From NCBI GenBank assembly GCA_949285605.1, contig CASDZI010000005.1, positions 14,508-78,507 on the forward strand: a stretch of DNA of 64,000 nucleotides, written 5' to 3'. The notes under the pieces are model-generated. The model was given only the letters and a program-made list of their open reading frames with translations, was not told the origin of the DNA and made no database searches. Numbering within the stretch: the stretch's first letter is position 1; every line of letters begins with the position of its first letter. This stretch comes from an uncultured Christensenella sp. (GTDB taxonomy: Bacteria > Bacillota > Clostridia > Christensenellales > DTU072). Below are positions 9,143-18,901 of this stretch, piece after piece. The translations under genes were made by a program, and so were the position numbers.

Positions 9143-9829
9143 TTATATTACTGCGACAATATTCACTTTGCCGTACGAGTTTTCGATTTTTTCCACGAAT
9201 TTTTCCCCTCTCTCTCCTATTCCGTTCCCCACGAAATAGGGAAAAAATCCCTCTCTCAAAATTCCGCCCTTCTTCTTGGCGAACACGTTGCAATCGGAAT
9301 GAAGGGAAAGATATTGATTCAGTTTCGCTTTCTTGGAAAAGAAAACCACGCAATTCGGTCTGCCTTCGGTAAAATCGACGTAAGACAGATTACAGTCGCA
9401 GGCGGGAGCGTTTTTGACCGGTAATTTGAACAGCCACCTGAAAAACCGGTACGGATTGCAATACGACCTGTAAAGATGTTTTGCGCTGGAAACCAGATAC
9501 AGACGGTTATAGTTTTCTTTGGCGAGGATGGAGGCGCATTCCCGTGCGTTTTCGTAGGTGTTGCGGGATTTTTCTTCGGTTATTATGACTTCTCGGGGGA
9601 TCCCGTTGTCCGTAAGGAACTCTTTCATGGCGGCGGCTTCGCTTCTGCCGGCTTTACCGTTGGCCTCTCCTCCGCTCACGATAATGCGGGAACAAACTCC
9701 CTTACGGTAAAGCTCCTCCCCTTTTTTGAGTCTTTCACGCAATTCCACGTCGATACTGCCGTCGTCGAGCAGGTATTTCCCGAGGATTATTGCAAAATCG
9801 TCACCACTTGTTCCGCACTTTTTCCGCAA
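9143..9829 (-). CDS. DUF218 (YdcF/SanA-like) domain protein with a C-terminal extension
   Basis: ..IIVSGGEANGKAGRSEAAAMKEFLTDNGIPREVIITEEKSRNTYENA.. matches the DUF218 core as I recall it. About 90 extra C-terminal residues containing several Cys. Confidence 0.75.
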   Translation of the reverse strand: MRKKCGTSGDDFAIILGKYLLDDGSIDVELRERLKKGEELYRKGVCSRIIVSGGEANGKAGRSEAAAMKEFLTDNGIPREVIITEEKSRNTYENARECASILAKENYNRLYLVSSAKHLYRSYCNPYRFFRWLFKLPVKNAPACDCNLSYVDFTEGRPNCVVFFSKKAKLNQYLSLHSDCNVFAKKKGGILREGFFPYFVGNGIGERGEKFVEKIENSYGKVNIVAVI

Positions 9830-10841
9830 ATCCCAACGTCCTCGTCAATACTATTTTCTGCCCGTCGTCGAGGACGGCGGTCCCGCTGAAATATCCGAAT
9901 ACCTGATGAGGTATCATAGCGAACAGTTTCAGATCGAAAGGCGCATATCTGTCGATAATCGGCTCGAATTGCATTTCGAATCTTTCGTCGGAGGAAGTGA
10001 AAACCCACGGCGACATAAAGTCGTCCTTTCCGTTCTTTTGGGGAATATGGAAAGTCACTTCGTCCAATTTATGGCTTTTGCCCTCGTAAAAGAGCATATT
10101 TTCGGTGGCTTGATCGTTGCACCCGAAGCCGTAACCTATGTTGAACCCGAACTTTTTCCCGTCGGGAAGGACGGTCTGCAGACTGCCCCAGTACCAGGTA
10201 TTGTCGTAGGTCCAGACTCCTCTGCCCCAGTCGAGGGTGGCGAGAGTCTTCTTTTCTTTCGCCAGGGAATACTCCTTGTCGCCCAGCGAAAAACTTCCGT
10301 CGGCGGTCATACAGTTGATTTTCTGATTATAGTAAAAATAACCTTTTTTTGCAAAAGGCGTGGCGATGACCATGCTTTCTTCGGGAAAATCCGTCAAGGT
10401 CACGTTGAAAGAAAGAGTTTCGCCGGCGTTGCCGAATTTGGGATATTTTCCGTAAAGCCGACGGGTGAAGCCGTCGTTTATAAAAGTCATTTCCACTTTA
10501 CCGATTTTTCGGGAACAATCTCCGGCAATCGAAGTGTAAGGCATTCTGAACGAACCCATCGGGAAAAAACAAACCGCGCTTTTGGTAATCTGACTCGGCT
10601 CGGTAAAATCCATAACCGTGGCGCTCAAAGCTCCGATATACCCCATATCTGCCATAGTGAGACAGAGAGCGCATTCGTCGTTGCCTATGTAATAATAATC
10701 CCACTCCTTAATGCGGCAGGGTCGGGCGGTAATATCTGCCCTGTTGTATTCCCAATTGAGTTTTTTTGCAAATCCCGCTTCGGAAATATTCCCTTCTTTG
10801 TCGAGAAGTCTGCGGATTTCTTTCACTTCGTTCTGAAACAT
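9801..10841 (-). CDS. Hypothetical protein, possibly DUF2804 family
   Basis: Long ORF with codon-like structure and a 29-nt overlap with the next gene. The family assignment is from memory of similar ~340-aa proteins only. Confidence 0.5.
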   Translation of the reverse strand: MFQNEVKEIRRLLDKEGNISEAGFAKKLNWEYNRADITARPCRIKEWDYYYIGNDECALCLTMADMGYIGALSATVMDFTEPSQITKSAVCFFPMGSFRMPYTSIAGDCSRKIGKVEMTFINDGFTRRLYGKYPKFGNAGETLSFNVTLTDFPEESMVIATPFAKKGYFYYNQKINCMTADGSFSLGDKEYSLAKEKKTLATLDWGRGVWTYDNTWYWGSLQTVLPDGKKFGFNIGYGFGCNDQATENMLFYEGKSHKLDEVTFHIPQKNGKDDFMSPWVFTSSDERFEMQFEPIIDRYAPFDLKLFAMIPHQVFGYFSGTAVLDDGQKIVLTRTLGFAEKVRNKW

Positions 10842-10877
10842 AATACGCCCCTAAATTATATTTAATTTTATTTTATT

Positions 10878-10906
10878 ATTATATATGATACAATATTCCT
10901 TGTCAA
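10878..10906 (-). promoter_or_regulatory. Consensus sigma-A promoter of the DUF2804-like/DUF218/phosphoesterase operon
   Basis: Minus strand: TTGACA, 17-nt spacer, TATAAT, about 35 nt upstream of the ATG at 10841. Confidence 0.6.
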
Positions 10907-10946
10907 TACGGTTTTCGATAATATGCATAAAAATCAGCGTTTTTTC

Positions 10947-10975
10947 TTGCAAAATATTCTTTTATGTATTAAAAT
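10947..10975 (+). promoter_or_regulatory. Candidate sigma-A promoter of the symporter gene
   Basis: TTGCAA, 17-nt spacer, TAAAAT. Confidence 0.45.
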
Positions 10976-11022
10976 TGTAATATTCTGAAAGCAGACCGTT
11001 TCACCGAAAAAAAGGAGAAAAA

Positions 11023-12642
11023 ATGTTGAATTTACTTTCTGCTAACGGCGTTGCGCAATACATAATATTCGCTCTTTATCTTGCCGTGTTGATCGTGGTG
11101 GCGCTCTTTACCGCCAAAAAAAGTAAATCCCTGAACGACTTTATGTTCGCAAGCAAAGGAGTGGGCGGGTGGCTCAGCGCATTCGCTTACGGAGCCACTT
11201 ACTTCAGTGCGGTCGTGTTCATAGGTTACGCCGGAAAATTCGGTTGGAATTTCGGACTGGCGGCGGTATGGATAGGGATAGGCAATATGCTCATAGGAAC
11301 GCTTGCCGCCTGGCTGCTCCTCGCTAAACGCACCAAATTCATGACGACCGCCCTCCAGGCTCGCACCATGCCGGAATTTTTCGAAAAACGCTACCGCTCG
11401 GGACACATAAAACTGTTGAGTTCCCTGCTTATATTTATTTTCCTGCTGCCCTATTCTTCCTCGGTCTATCAGGGACTGGGCTATATCTTTTCCAAGGTCA
11501 TCGGGCTCGATACCGTCTGGTGTATCCTCATACTCGCCGTGGTGACCGCAGTCTATCTGTTCCTGGGCGGCTATTTCGCCACCTCCATTACCGATTTTAT
11601 TCAGGGTATCATAATGATAATCGGAATTTTGGTCTGCGTCTTTACTCTGCTTTCCGCCGAAGAAGTCAACTGGGGGGAAGGGCTTTCCGCCCTTATGCAA
11701 AACGGACTGGGGCTTATCCCTTCCGGAGCCGTTCCCGAAGGAAAATCCTTTATGGATTCGGCGGCGTTCAACGTGGTGATACTCGTTCTCCTGACCTCGC
11801 TCGGGATCTGGGGACTTCCGCAGTCGGTACATAAATTTTACGCCGTCAAGGACGACGACGCCATTAAAAAGGGCGCCGTGATAAGTACGGTGTTTGCTCT
11901 GATAGTGGGCGGAGGGGCATACTTTATCGGTAGTTTGGTTACCCTTTTCGTAAGTAAAGAAACTTTCGTCAACGATCTCGGAGGTAATTTCGACAGACTG
12001 GTTCCCGAAATGCTCACCTCCAACCTCACTCCGGCTTTGCTCGGACTGATTTTAGTATTGCTGTTTTCTGCGAGCATGTCCACTCTCGCTTCCCTTTCCC
12101 TTTCCTCCGCCTCCACCGTGAGCGTGGATTTTTATAAAGGGTATATCAAAAAGCAAGCTCCCGAAAGTAACGTGACCATTCTGATGAGGGTGCTGTGCCT
12201 GGTGTTCGTGGCGGTGAGCGCTGTGCTCGCCATAGTCGAAATAGACGCCATAGTCACCATGATGAGTTTGAGCTGGGGACTTCTCGCAGGCTGTTTCATC
12301 GGACCTTACGTCTTAGGGCTTTATTCCAAAAAAATAAACAAGGCGGGCGCTTACGCCTCCATAATAACCACCGTACTCATTACGATAATAATGATAATAA
12401 CTCTCGGACTGCACGACGCTCCGGGCGCCTCTTTCGGGAAAGTTCTGAAAGCCGGTATAGGACGCAGTCCTTTCATAGGCGTGGTCTGTATGGCGGCGTC
12501 CTTTATAGTGACCCCCGTATTCAGCTTGATCTTCAGGTCCTGCACGCCGGATAAGGAATTCCTCGCAACTCTCTTCCCCGAGAAATTCACGGCGTCGACT
12601 ACGCCGAGTCCTTCCTCCGAAGAGACCCCGGCAGAGCAATAA
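11023..12642 (+). CDS. Sodium:solute symporter (SSF) family transporter
   Basis: 539 aa with about 13 hydrophobic helices. The N-terminus has the typical SSF pattern (..SLNDFMFASKGVGGWLSAFAYGATYFSAV..). Confidence 0.8.
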   Translation: MLNLLSANGVAQYIIFALYLAVLIVVALFTAKKSKSLNDFMFASKGVGGWLSAFAYGATYFSAVVFIGYAGKFGWNFGLAAVWIGIGNMLIGTLAAWLLLAKRTKFMTTALQARTMPEFFEKRYRSGHIKLLSSLLIFIFLLPYSSSVYQGLGYIFSKVIGLDTVWCILILAVVTAVYLFLGGYFATSITDFIQGIIMIIGILVCVFTLLSAEEVNWGEGLSALMQNGLGLIPSGAVPEGKSFMDSAAFNVVILVLLTSLGIWGLPQSVHKFYAVKDDDAIKKGAVISTVFALIVGGGAYFIGSLVTLFVSKETFVNDLGGNFDRLVPEMLTSNLTPALLGLILVLLFSASMSTLASLSLSSASTVSVDFYKGYIKKQAPESNVTILMRVLCLVFVAVSAVLAIVEIDAIVTMMSLSWGLLAGCFIGPYVLGLYSKKINKAGAYASIITTVLITIIMIITLGLHDAPGASFGKVLKAGIGRSPFIGVVCMAASFIVTPVFSLIFRSCTPDKEFLATLFPEKFTASTTPSPSSEETPAEQ

Positions 12643-12661
12643 CTCTTCGCCGATAAAAACT

Positions 12662-12696
12662 AAAAAAAACGGCTTCCTTTCGGGAGCCGTTTTATT
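12662..12696. terminator. Bidirectional rho-independent terminator
   Basis: A8, then stem ACGGCTTCC / GGGAGCCGT (one G-U pair), then TTTATT. It lies between convergent genes. Confidence 0.7.
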
Positions 12697-12714
12697 CTCT
12701 TTCGGGCAAAAATC

Positions 12715-13137
12715 TCAAAGAATCTTTTCGCTCAAAAGCTTTATTCCCTTACTTTCGAAAAGCTTGATCGCTTTGTCGGTATCCTCGACTTTGAGAAGAA
12801 TTTTTGCGGTGTTGTAGTTGGTGAGGACGAAGGAATAGAGGTATTCGATATTGATATCCTCCTTTTCCAGCAGCCCGATGACTTCGGCAAGGGCGTTCGG
12901 GACGTCGGGAACTTCCACCCCGATAAGGGAAGTCTGCTCCACGGCAAATCCTGCGTTTTTCAATACCTCGTAGGCTTTGTCGTTGTCTCTGGCAATGAAT
13001 CTCACTATCCCGTAATCTTTCGTATCCGCTATGGAGAGCGTAACGAAATCGAGTCCTTCTTTGCCCAGGGCGTTGGTCAGTTTATAAAGCCGACCGGGTT
13101 TGTTCTCCATAAAAACCGAAAGTTGTTTAACCAGCAT
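12715..13137 (-). CDS. ACT domain-containing protein
   Basis: Two ACT-like halves. This is the usual small partner encoded downstream of paaK-family ligase genes. Confidence 0.7.
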   Translation of the reverse strand: MLVKQLSVFMENKPGRLYKLTNALGKEGLDFVTLSIADTKDYGIVRFIARDNDKAYEVLKNAGFAVEQTSLIGVEVPDVPNALAEVIGLLEKEDINIEYLYSFVLTNYNTAKILLKVEDTDKAIKLFESKGIKLLSEKIL

Positions 13138-13156
13138 ATTGACCTCCTTTATCTGA

Positions 13157-14476
13157 TCATATTTTACGTTTGTCGATAACTCTTACCGCTTTGCCTTCGC
13201 TTCTCTGAACGGTATTCGGTTCCACCAGTCTTACTCTTGCGGAAATACCCAGATAACTGTGTATTTCGCTCTCTATCTTCTTCCGTAACGCTTCCAGGCT
13301 TCCCACGGTGTCGCTGGAAATACTCTCGTTGACTTCCACGTGAATTTCCATAACGTCGAGGTTGTCTACTCTGTCGACGTATATCATATAATGCGGAGCC
13401 ACTCCGCTCACGTTCATAATGGCAGCCTCTATCTGGCTGGGGAAGACGTTGACGCCTCTGATAATGAGCATATCGTCGTTACGTCCCAAAACTTTGTTCA
13501 TTCTGACCGTCGTCCTGCCGCAGGAACACTTCTCGGCGTTCAGGGAAGTGATGTCCCTGGTACGATAGCGGATGAGCGGCTGTCCGGTCTTGGTGATGGT
13601 AGTGAATACCAGCTCCCCTTTCTCGCCGTAAGGCAGAGGTTGTAAGGTCACGGGATCCACTATTTCGGGGATAAAATGGTCTTCCTGAACGTGAGACCCG
13701 TTTTTCGCCATACATTCCATAGCCACGCCCGGTCCGGAAATCTCGCTCAGTCCGTAAATGTCGAGTGCGTCGATGTTGAGCGTCCTCTCTATCTCCTTAC
13801 GCATATTGTCCGACCAGGGTTCCGCTCCGAAAATACCTACCTTCAGGCTGAGTTCGTCCACCGAAATCCCGTTGTTTTCCATTTCGGTACCGAGGTAAAT
13901 GGCGTAAGACGGCGTACAGGCTATCGCAGTCGCTCCGAAATCCCTGAGTAGGGAAAGTTGACGTTTGGTGTTTCCGCTGGAGGCAGGCACTACCGTCGCG
14001 CCCATTTTGGTGGCGCCGTCGTGAAGTCCGAGGCCTCCCGTGAACAGTCCGTATCCGTACGCAACGTGCACGGTGTCTTCCTTGGTAACGCCCGCCATTC
14101 CCAACGCGCGGCAGACGCATTCCGCCCACACGTCGAGGTCGTTTTGCGAATACCCCACCACCGTAAGTTTTCCCGTGGTGCCGCTGGACGCATGCAATCT
14201 GACTATCTCTTCCTTGGGGGCGCAAAGCATTCCGAAAGGATAATTGTTTCGCAGGTCCTGCTTGGTGGTAAACGGCAGTTTGTAAAGGTCGTCCACGCTC
14301 CTGATGTCTTCGGGCTTGAGCTTGATTGCGTCCATTTTCGCCCTGTAGACTGCCACGTTGTCGTAAACTCTCTTGACGAGCTTGACCAGCCTTTCGCTCT
14401 GCAAAGCCTGCATTTCGCTGCGGCTGAGACACTCGTACTGCGGTGAATAAATGTAGTCTTTTACTCTGCTTTTCAT
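13157..14476 (-). CDS. Phenylacetate-CoA ligase family (PaaK-like) adenylate-forming enzyme
   Basis: ..[27 protein letters not shown]..; length and C-terminal domain are typical of the PaaK family. Confidence 0.85.
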   Translation of the reverse strand: MKSRVKDYIYSPQYECLSRSEMQALQSERLVKLVKRVYDNVAVYRAKMDAIKLKPEDIRSVDDLYKLPFTTKQDLRNNYPFGMLCAPKEEIVRLHASSGTTGKLTVVGYSQNDLDVWAECVCRALGMAGVTKEDTVHVAYGYGLFTGGLGLHDGATKMGATVVPASSGNTKRQLSLLRDFGATAIACTPSYAIYLGTEMENNGISVDELSLKVGIFGAEPWSDNMRKEIERTLNIDALDIYGLSEISGPGVAMECMAKNGSHVQEDHFIPEIVDPVTLQPLPYGEKGELVFTTITKTGQPLIRYRTRDITSLNAEKCSCGRTTVRMNKVLGRNDDMLIIRGVNVFPSQIEAAIMNVSGVAPHYMIYVDRVDNLDVMEIHVEVNESISSDTVGSLEALRKKIESEIHSYLGISARVRLVEPNTVQRSEGKAVRVIDKRKI

Positions 14477-14531
14477 ACTTTCCTCTTTTATCTCCGTTAA
14501 AAAAATATTGTTTTTTGTTTCCGTGCTTAAA

Positions 14532-15083
14532 TCACTTCTCGCAACCGTATTCGAAGGCTTTCAGATTGAGTTCGACGAGTTTTTCGGGGACTGACTCCTT
14601 CAACGCTTCTTCCATAACGGCTTTATCCAACCCCATAATAGTCGTCAACGCCCCCAGCATCACCGAGTTGGCGGCTTTGGCGTTCCCGGCTTTCAACGCC
14701 TTGTCCATAGCGTCGATACCCACGGCGTTCGGTAAACGACTTTCGATGTCGTCGGGATATTTTGCCGCTCCCGTAACAACCGGCATGGGCATTATCTCCT
14801 GCGTGGAATAAATGATCTTTCCGCCGTCGGCAAGATAATGAGCGTACCTCAAGGCTTCCAGCTTTTCGAAAGCAAGGATAATATCCGCTCCCTTTTCGTC
14901 GATTATAGGAGAATTTACCTTTTCGCCGAAACGGACGAAAGTTATTACGCTGCCCCCTCTCTGAGCCATTCCGTGAACTTCGCTGAGTTTGACGTCGAGA
15001 TTTTTTTTCAGGGCGTATTTTCCCAAAACTCTGCTGGCAAGGAGCGTGCCCTGTCCGCCTACGCCCGCTATAAGTATATCCAT
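14532..15083 (-). CDS. iorB: Indolepyruvate:ferredoxin oxidoreductase, beta subunit
   Basis: N-terminal [16 protein letters not shown] motif. About 183 aa, immediately downstream of iorA. Confidence 0.85.
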   Translation of the reverse strand: MDILIAGVGGQGTLLASRVLGKYALKKNLDVKLSEVHGMAQRGGSVITFVRFGEKVNSPIIDEKGADIILAFEKLEALRYAHYLADGGKIIYSTQEIMPMPVVTGAAKYPDDIESRLPNAVGIDAMDKALKAGNAKAANSVMLGALTTIMGLDKAVMEEALKESVPEKLVELNLKAFEYGCEK

Positions 15084-15093
15084 AAAATACCTC

Positions 15094-16806
15094 CTATTTC
15101 GCCTTTATCGCCCCGAATTTGCACACGCTCTGGCAAAGTCCGCATTCGGTACAGAGAGATGCGTCTATAGTCATTCCGTGTTCGGTGTTTACGATAGCCG
15201 GACACCCGAGTTTCAGACAAGCCTTGCAATTCTTGCAAGCGTCGGTTATCTCGAAACCTTTGTAAAGTTTTTTGGTCAGAAGCACGCAAGGCCTACGGGC
15301 GATTATCACCTTCACTCCGCTTTCGCTTAAAGCCTTGCGCACCGTCTGTTCGAATTTATCCAGTTCGTACGGGTCCACCACGTCCACGCTTTTTACTCCG
15401 GTGGCACGGCACAGTTCCTCGAGATTGAGAGCGTAGGTTTGTTCGTTTTTGATGGTTTTGCCCGTTGCGGGGTGGTTCTGATGACCCGTCATACCCGTGG
15501 TGGAGTTGTCCACGATGATGATCGTAGCGTCGGCTTTGTTGTAAACGGCGTCCACAAGCCCGGTAATTCCGCTGTGAATAAATGTGGAGTCGCCTATGAC
15601 CGCCACCGTGTTCTTGGCAAAATCGGGATTCGCTTTATCGAAACCTATAGCCATACCGATACTTGCGCCCATGCAAAGCACGCTGTCGATACTGCCTAAC
15701 GGCGGTACCGCGCCGAGAGTGTAACAACCTATATCTCCCATTACGTTGAGTTTCAGTTTCTTGAGGGTATAGAAAACGCCCCTGTGCGGACAACCTGCGC
15801 AAAGCACGGGAGGACGTGCGGGAATTTCCGCCGCAACGGCTTCGGTCTTTTTGCCGAGCACCTTTTCCCTTATCAGGTTGACCGAGAACTCTCCCTGTAT
15901 CGAAAACAGGTTCTTTCCTTCCACGGCGATACCCTTACTTTTAATCAAAGTCTCGATATGGGGTTCCAGTTCCTCTATTACGATACACCGTTTTACGCTT
16001 TTTACGAAATCAGCTATCATCTCGTACGGCAACGGATAAACCATTCCGAGTTTAAGAACGCTTGCTTCGGGCAACGCTTCCTTGACGTACTGGTAAACGC
16101 CTCCGGCACAGATTATCCCGAGGTCGGAAGAGCCTTTTTCTATACGGTTTACGGGACAGGAGTTACTGTCGGCACAGAGTTTGTTGAGCCTTTCCTCCAC
16201 CACGACGTGACGCTTTTTGGCGTTAGCCGGCATCATAACGTATTTTGGGATATCCTTAAGGTAAGGTTTGAGCGGAACTTCCTTTCTTTCTCCGAGTTCC
16301 ACCAACCCCTGCGAATGAGCCACTCTGGTAGTCAACCGCAATATAACCGGCGTGTCGTACGTTTCGCTCAAAAGGAACGCTTTCTCGGTGAACTCCTTGG
16401 CTTCGGCGCTGTCCGACGGTTCCAGTACGGGGACGTTGGCCGCCCTTGCGATAAGACGGGTATCCTGTTCGTTCTGACTGCTGAACATAGACGGATCGTC
16501 GGCTACCGCCACCACGAGTCCGGCGTTCACGCCGGTGTAAGCCGCCGTATAAAGCGGATCCGCCGCCACGTTGAGTCCGACGTGTTTCATACTGACTATT
16601 GTCCTCGCCCCGGCTAAACTCGCCCCGAAGCCCACTTCCAACGCCACCTTTTCGTTCGGCGACCACTCGGAATAAACTTCCTCATAACGGCTGAGTTCTT
16701 CGGTAATTTCGGTGCTGGGCGTTCCGGGATACGCCGTAGCCACTCTGACTCCGGCTTCGTATGCTCCTCTCGCCACCGCAAAATCTCCCAACAGTAATTT
16801 TTTCAT
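15094..16806 (-). CDS. iorA: Indolepyruvate:ferredoxin oxidoreductase, alpha subunit
   Basis: TPP-binding region GDSTFIHSG. C-terminal 2x[4Fe-4S] Cys clusters (CKNCKACLKLGCP.., CTECGLCQSVC). Confidence 0.9.
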   Translation of the reverse strand: MKKLLLGDFAVARGAYEAGVRVATAYPGTPSTEITEELSRYEEVYSEWSPNEKVALEVGFGASLAGARTIVSMKHVGLNVAADPLYTAAYTGVNAGLVVAVADDPSMFSSQNEQDTRLIARAANVPVLEPSDSAEAKEFTEKAFLLSETYDTPVILRLTTRVAHSQGLVELGERKEVPLKPYLKDIPKYVMMPANAKKRHVVVEERLNKLCADSNSCPVNRIEKGSSDLGIICAGGVYQYVKEALPEASVLKLGMVYPLPYEMIADFVKSVKRCIVIEELEPHIETLIKSKGIAVEGKNLFSIQGEFSVNLIREKVLGKKTEAVAAEIPARPPVLCAGCPHRGVFYTLKKLKLNVMGDIGCYTLGAVPPLGSIDSVLCMGASIGMAIGFDKANPDFAKNTVAVIGDSTFIHSGITGLVDAVYNKADATIIIVDNSTTGMTGHQNHPATGKTIKNEQTYALNLEELCRATGVKSVDVVDPYELDKFEQTVRKALSESGVKVIIARRPCVLLTKKLYKGFEITDACKNCKACLKLGCPAIVNTEHGMTIDASLCTECGLCQSVCKFGAIKAK

Positions 16807-16808
16807 TT

Positions 16809-18116
16809 TTACTCCTTTATATCGAAAATCTTTCTTTTGTCGGTTACTCTCTTGACTTTTCCTTCCCCTCGTTTAATGGAAAACGGCTCTACGAGCTTGA
16901 CTTTGACGTCGAGCTGGACCACCGACTTCAATTTGGCTTTGGTCTTTTCCACGAGGTTTTCCAAATTGGCGTAATTGGTGAGCAAGGCTCCGTCGCCCAC
17001 TTCTACCCTGACTTCTATGGTGTCCATATAGTTTACTCTGTCCACGATAATTTCGTAGTTGTTGCCGAGTTCGGGAATGGACATTATAACGCCCTCTATC
17101 TGACTGGGGAATACGTTGACGCCCCTTATTATCATCATATCGTCGGTACGCCCTATGATACGGGCCATTCTCGCCGTCGTCCTGCCGCATTTGCAGGGGC
17201 TGTAATCCAAAGCCGTGATATCCTTGGTGCGGTAACGCAATATGGGCATACCTTCCTTGTCGAGCGTGGTAAGGAGCATTTCGCCGTATTCGCCCTCGGG
17301 CAGAACTTTATTCTGTTCGATATTGACTATTTCGGGATAGAAGAAGTCCTCGTTGATGTGCATACCGCACTTTTCTCTGCATTCGCCGCTGACGCCGGGA
17401 CCGCCCACTTCGGTAAGTCCGTAGTTTTCGGTGGGAAAAACTCCCCAGATATTCCGTAAAGCGTCGTGCATTTCCTTGGTGGAAGCCTCCGCACCCATTA
17501 TGGTCATACGGAGTTTGAGGTCGTCTATTATTCCCGTTTGTTTGGCTTTTTCGGCAAGATACATCGCATAGCTCGGCGTCGCCACCAAAGCGGTCACCCC
17601 GAAGTCTTTCATCAGCATAAGCTGGCGGTCGGTGTTGCCGCTGGAAACGGGAACCACCGTTGCGCCTAATTTTTCGATACCGTAGTGCAATCCGAAACCG
17701 CCGGTGAACAACCCGTAACCGAAACTCACCTGGATAATGTCCTCGTCGGTAGCTCCCGCCATGGACAATACCCTCGCTATGCAGGTGGCCCAGTTGTCGA
17801 GGTCTCTTCTCGTATAACCGCCCACTATGGGTTTTCCCGTGGTGCCGCTGGAAGCGTGCAGACGGATGATTTTCTTCATCGGAACGGCAAAAAGCCCGAA
17901 GGGATAATTTTCTCTCAGGTCATCTTTCGTGGTATAGGGGATTTTTTCGATATCTTTCAAAGTCACGATATGCTCGGGTCTCAGCCCTATGGCGTCGAAT
18001 TTATCCCGATACATTTTTACGTTTTCGTAAGCGTAATTGACTATGTGTTTTAATTTGGCAAGTTGCAGATCGGCGATTTCCGCCCTGGACATCGTTTCCG
18101 CTTTCGGGTCGTACAT
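16809..18116 (-). CDS. Phenylacetate-CoA ligase family (PaaK-like) enzyme, second copy
   Basis: ..[32 protein letters not shown]..; paralog of the 13157..14476 gene. Confidence 0.85.
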   Translation of the reverse strand: MYDPKAETMSRAEIADLQLAKLKHIVNYAYENVKMYRDKFDAIGLRPEHIVTLKDIEKIPYTTKDDLRENYPFGLFAVPMKKIIRLHASSGTTGKPIVGGYTRRDLDNWATCIARVLSMAGATDEDIIQVSFGYGLFTGGFGLHYGIEKLGATVVPVSSGNTDRQLMLMKDFGVTALVATPSYAMYLAEKAKQTGIIDDLKLRMTIMGAEASTKEMHDALRNIWGVFPTENYGLTEVGGPGVSGECREKCGMHINEDFFYPEIVNIEQNKVLPEGEYGEMLLTTLDKEGMPILRYRTKDITALDYSPCKCGRTTARMARIIGRTDDMMIIRGVNVFPSQIEGVIMSIPELGNNYEIIVDRVNYMDTIEVRVEVGDGALLTNYANLENLVEKTKAKLKSVVQLDVKVKLVEPFSIKRGEGKVKRVTDKRKIFDIKE

Positions 18117-18164
18117 TTTTTCTTCTCCGCTCGCTTAAATAAGCGTATAATAATTTATTTATCT

Positions 18165-18193
18165 ATAATAACATAATTAACGGAGTTTTTCAA
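18165..18193 (-). promoter_or_regulatory. Candidate sigma-A promoter of the paaK-iorAB-paaK-ACT operon
   Basis: Minus strand: TTGAAA, 17-nt spacer, TATTAT. Confidence 0.45.
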
Positions 18194-18223
18194 TCGGTTT
18201 GGCTTTTTTGGGAAAGACGATTA

Positions 18224-18901
18224 CTAATTCCCGCCGAAACCTCCGGCGAAAGCGAAGGTCAAAGCGTAAACTTTCTCCGCTCCGTGCTTACAGAGGGTCT
18301 CGGCACACTCTCCTATCGTAGCTCCGGTAGTGACGACGTCGTCGAGAAGAAGTATCGTTCCTTCGACGGGACCTCTCGAAAGAAATTTGTCTTTTACGTT
18401 GTCTTTCCGTTCTTCCGACGGAACTTCTGTCTGATCTTTCCCCTCTTTACGGAAAAGTACGTCGCTCAAAGGAAGATCGGAGAGGCGGCAGAACTCTTCG
18501 GCAACGCACCTCATTGCGTCGTAACCTCTTAACGAAGTTTTCTTGTCGGAGGACGGCACGAAACAGACTTTATCGGCTTCGATTTTCTTTTCCAGGAATT
18601 TTTCGTACATAAATTTCGCCATATATTCGGCAAGGAAAGGCTTTGCGGAATCCTTGTAGCTCAAAACGTAATACCTTGCCACGTCGTCGTAAAGAAAACA
18701 ACCGCTCGTCTCCACGCCTTCGCAAATAACCGTATCGAATCGGGGTATGCGGAGTTTTCCCCGACAGTCTTTACAAAGGGAATTATCCCTTTCCTCGTCG
18801 TCGAGTTCCTTCCCGCAAAAATTACAGGTAAGTCCTTTCGGATAGAGTAAATTCAACAGTTTGTCGGAAAACTTCTTAAGTTTTAATCGGAATTTCCCCA
18901 T
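18224..18901 (-). CDS. comFC: ComF family protein (ComFC-like phosphoribosyltransferase-fold protein)
   Basis: N-terminal Cys4 (CNFCGK..CKDC). C-terminal PRTase motif LLLDDVVTTGAT. Confidence 0.8.
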   Translation of the reverse strand: MGKFRLKLKKFSDKLLNLLYPKGLTCNFCGKELDDEERDNSLCKDCRGKLRIPRFDTVICEGVETSGCFLYDDVARYYVLSYKDSAKPFLAEYMAKFMYEKFLEKKIEADKVCFVPSSDKKTSLRGYDAMRCVAEEFCRLSDLPLSDVLFRKEGKDQTEVPSEERKDNVKDKFLSRGPVEGTILLLDDVVTTGATIGECAETLCKHGAEKVYALTFAFAGGFGGN

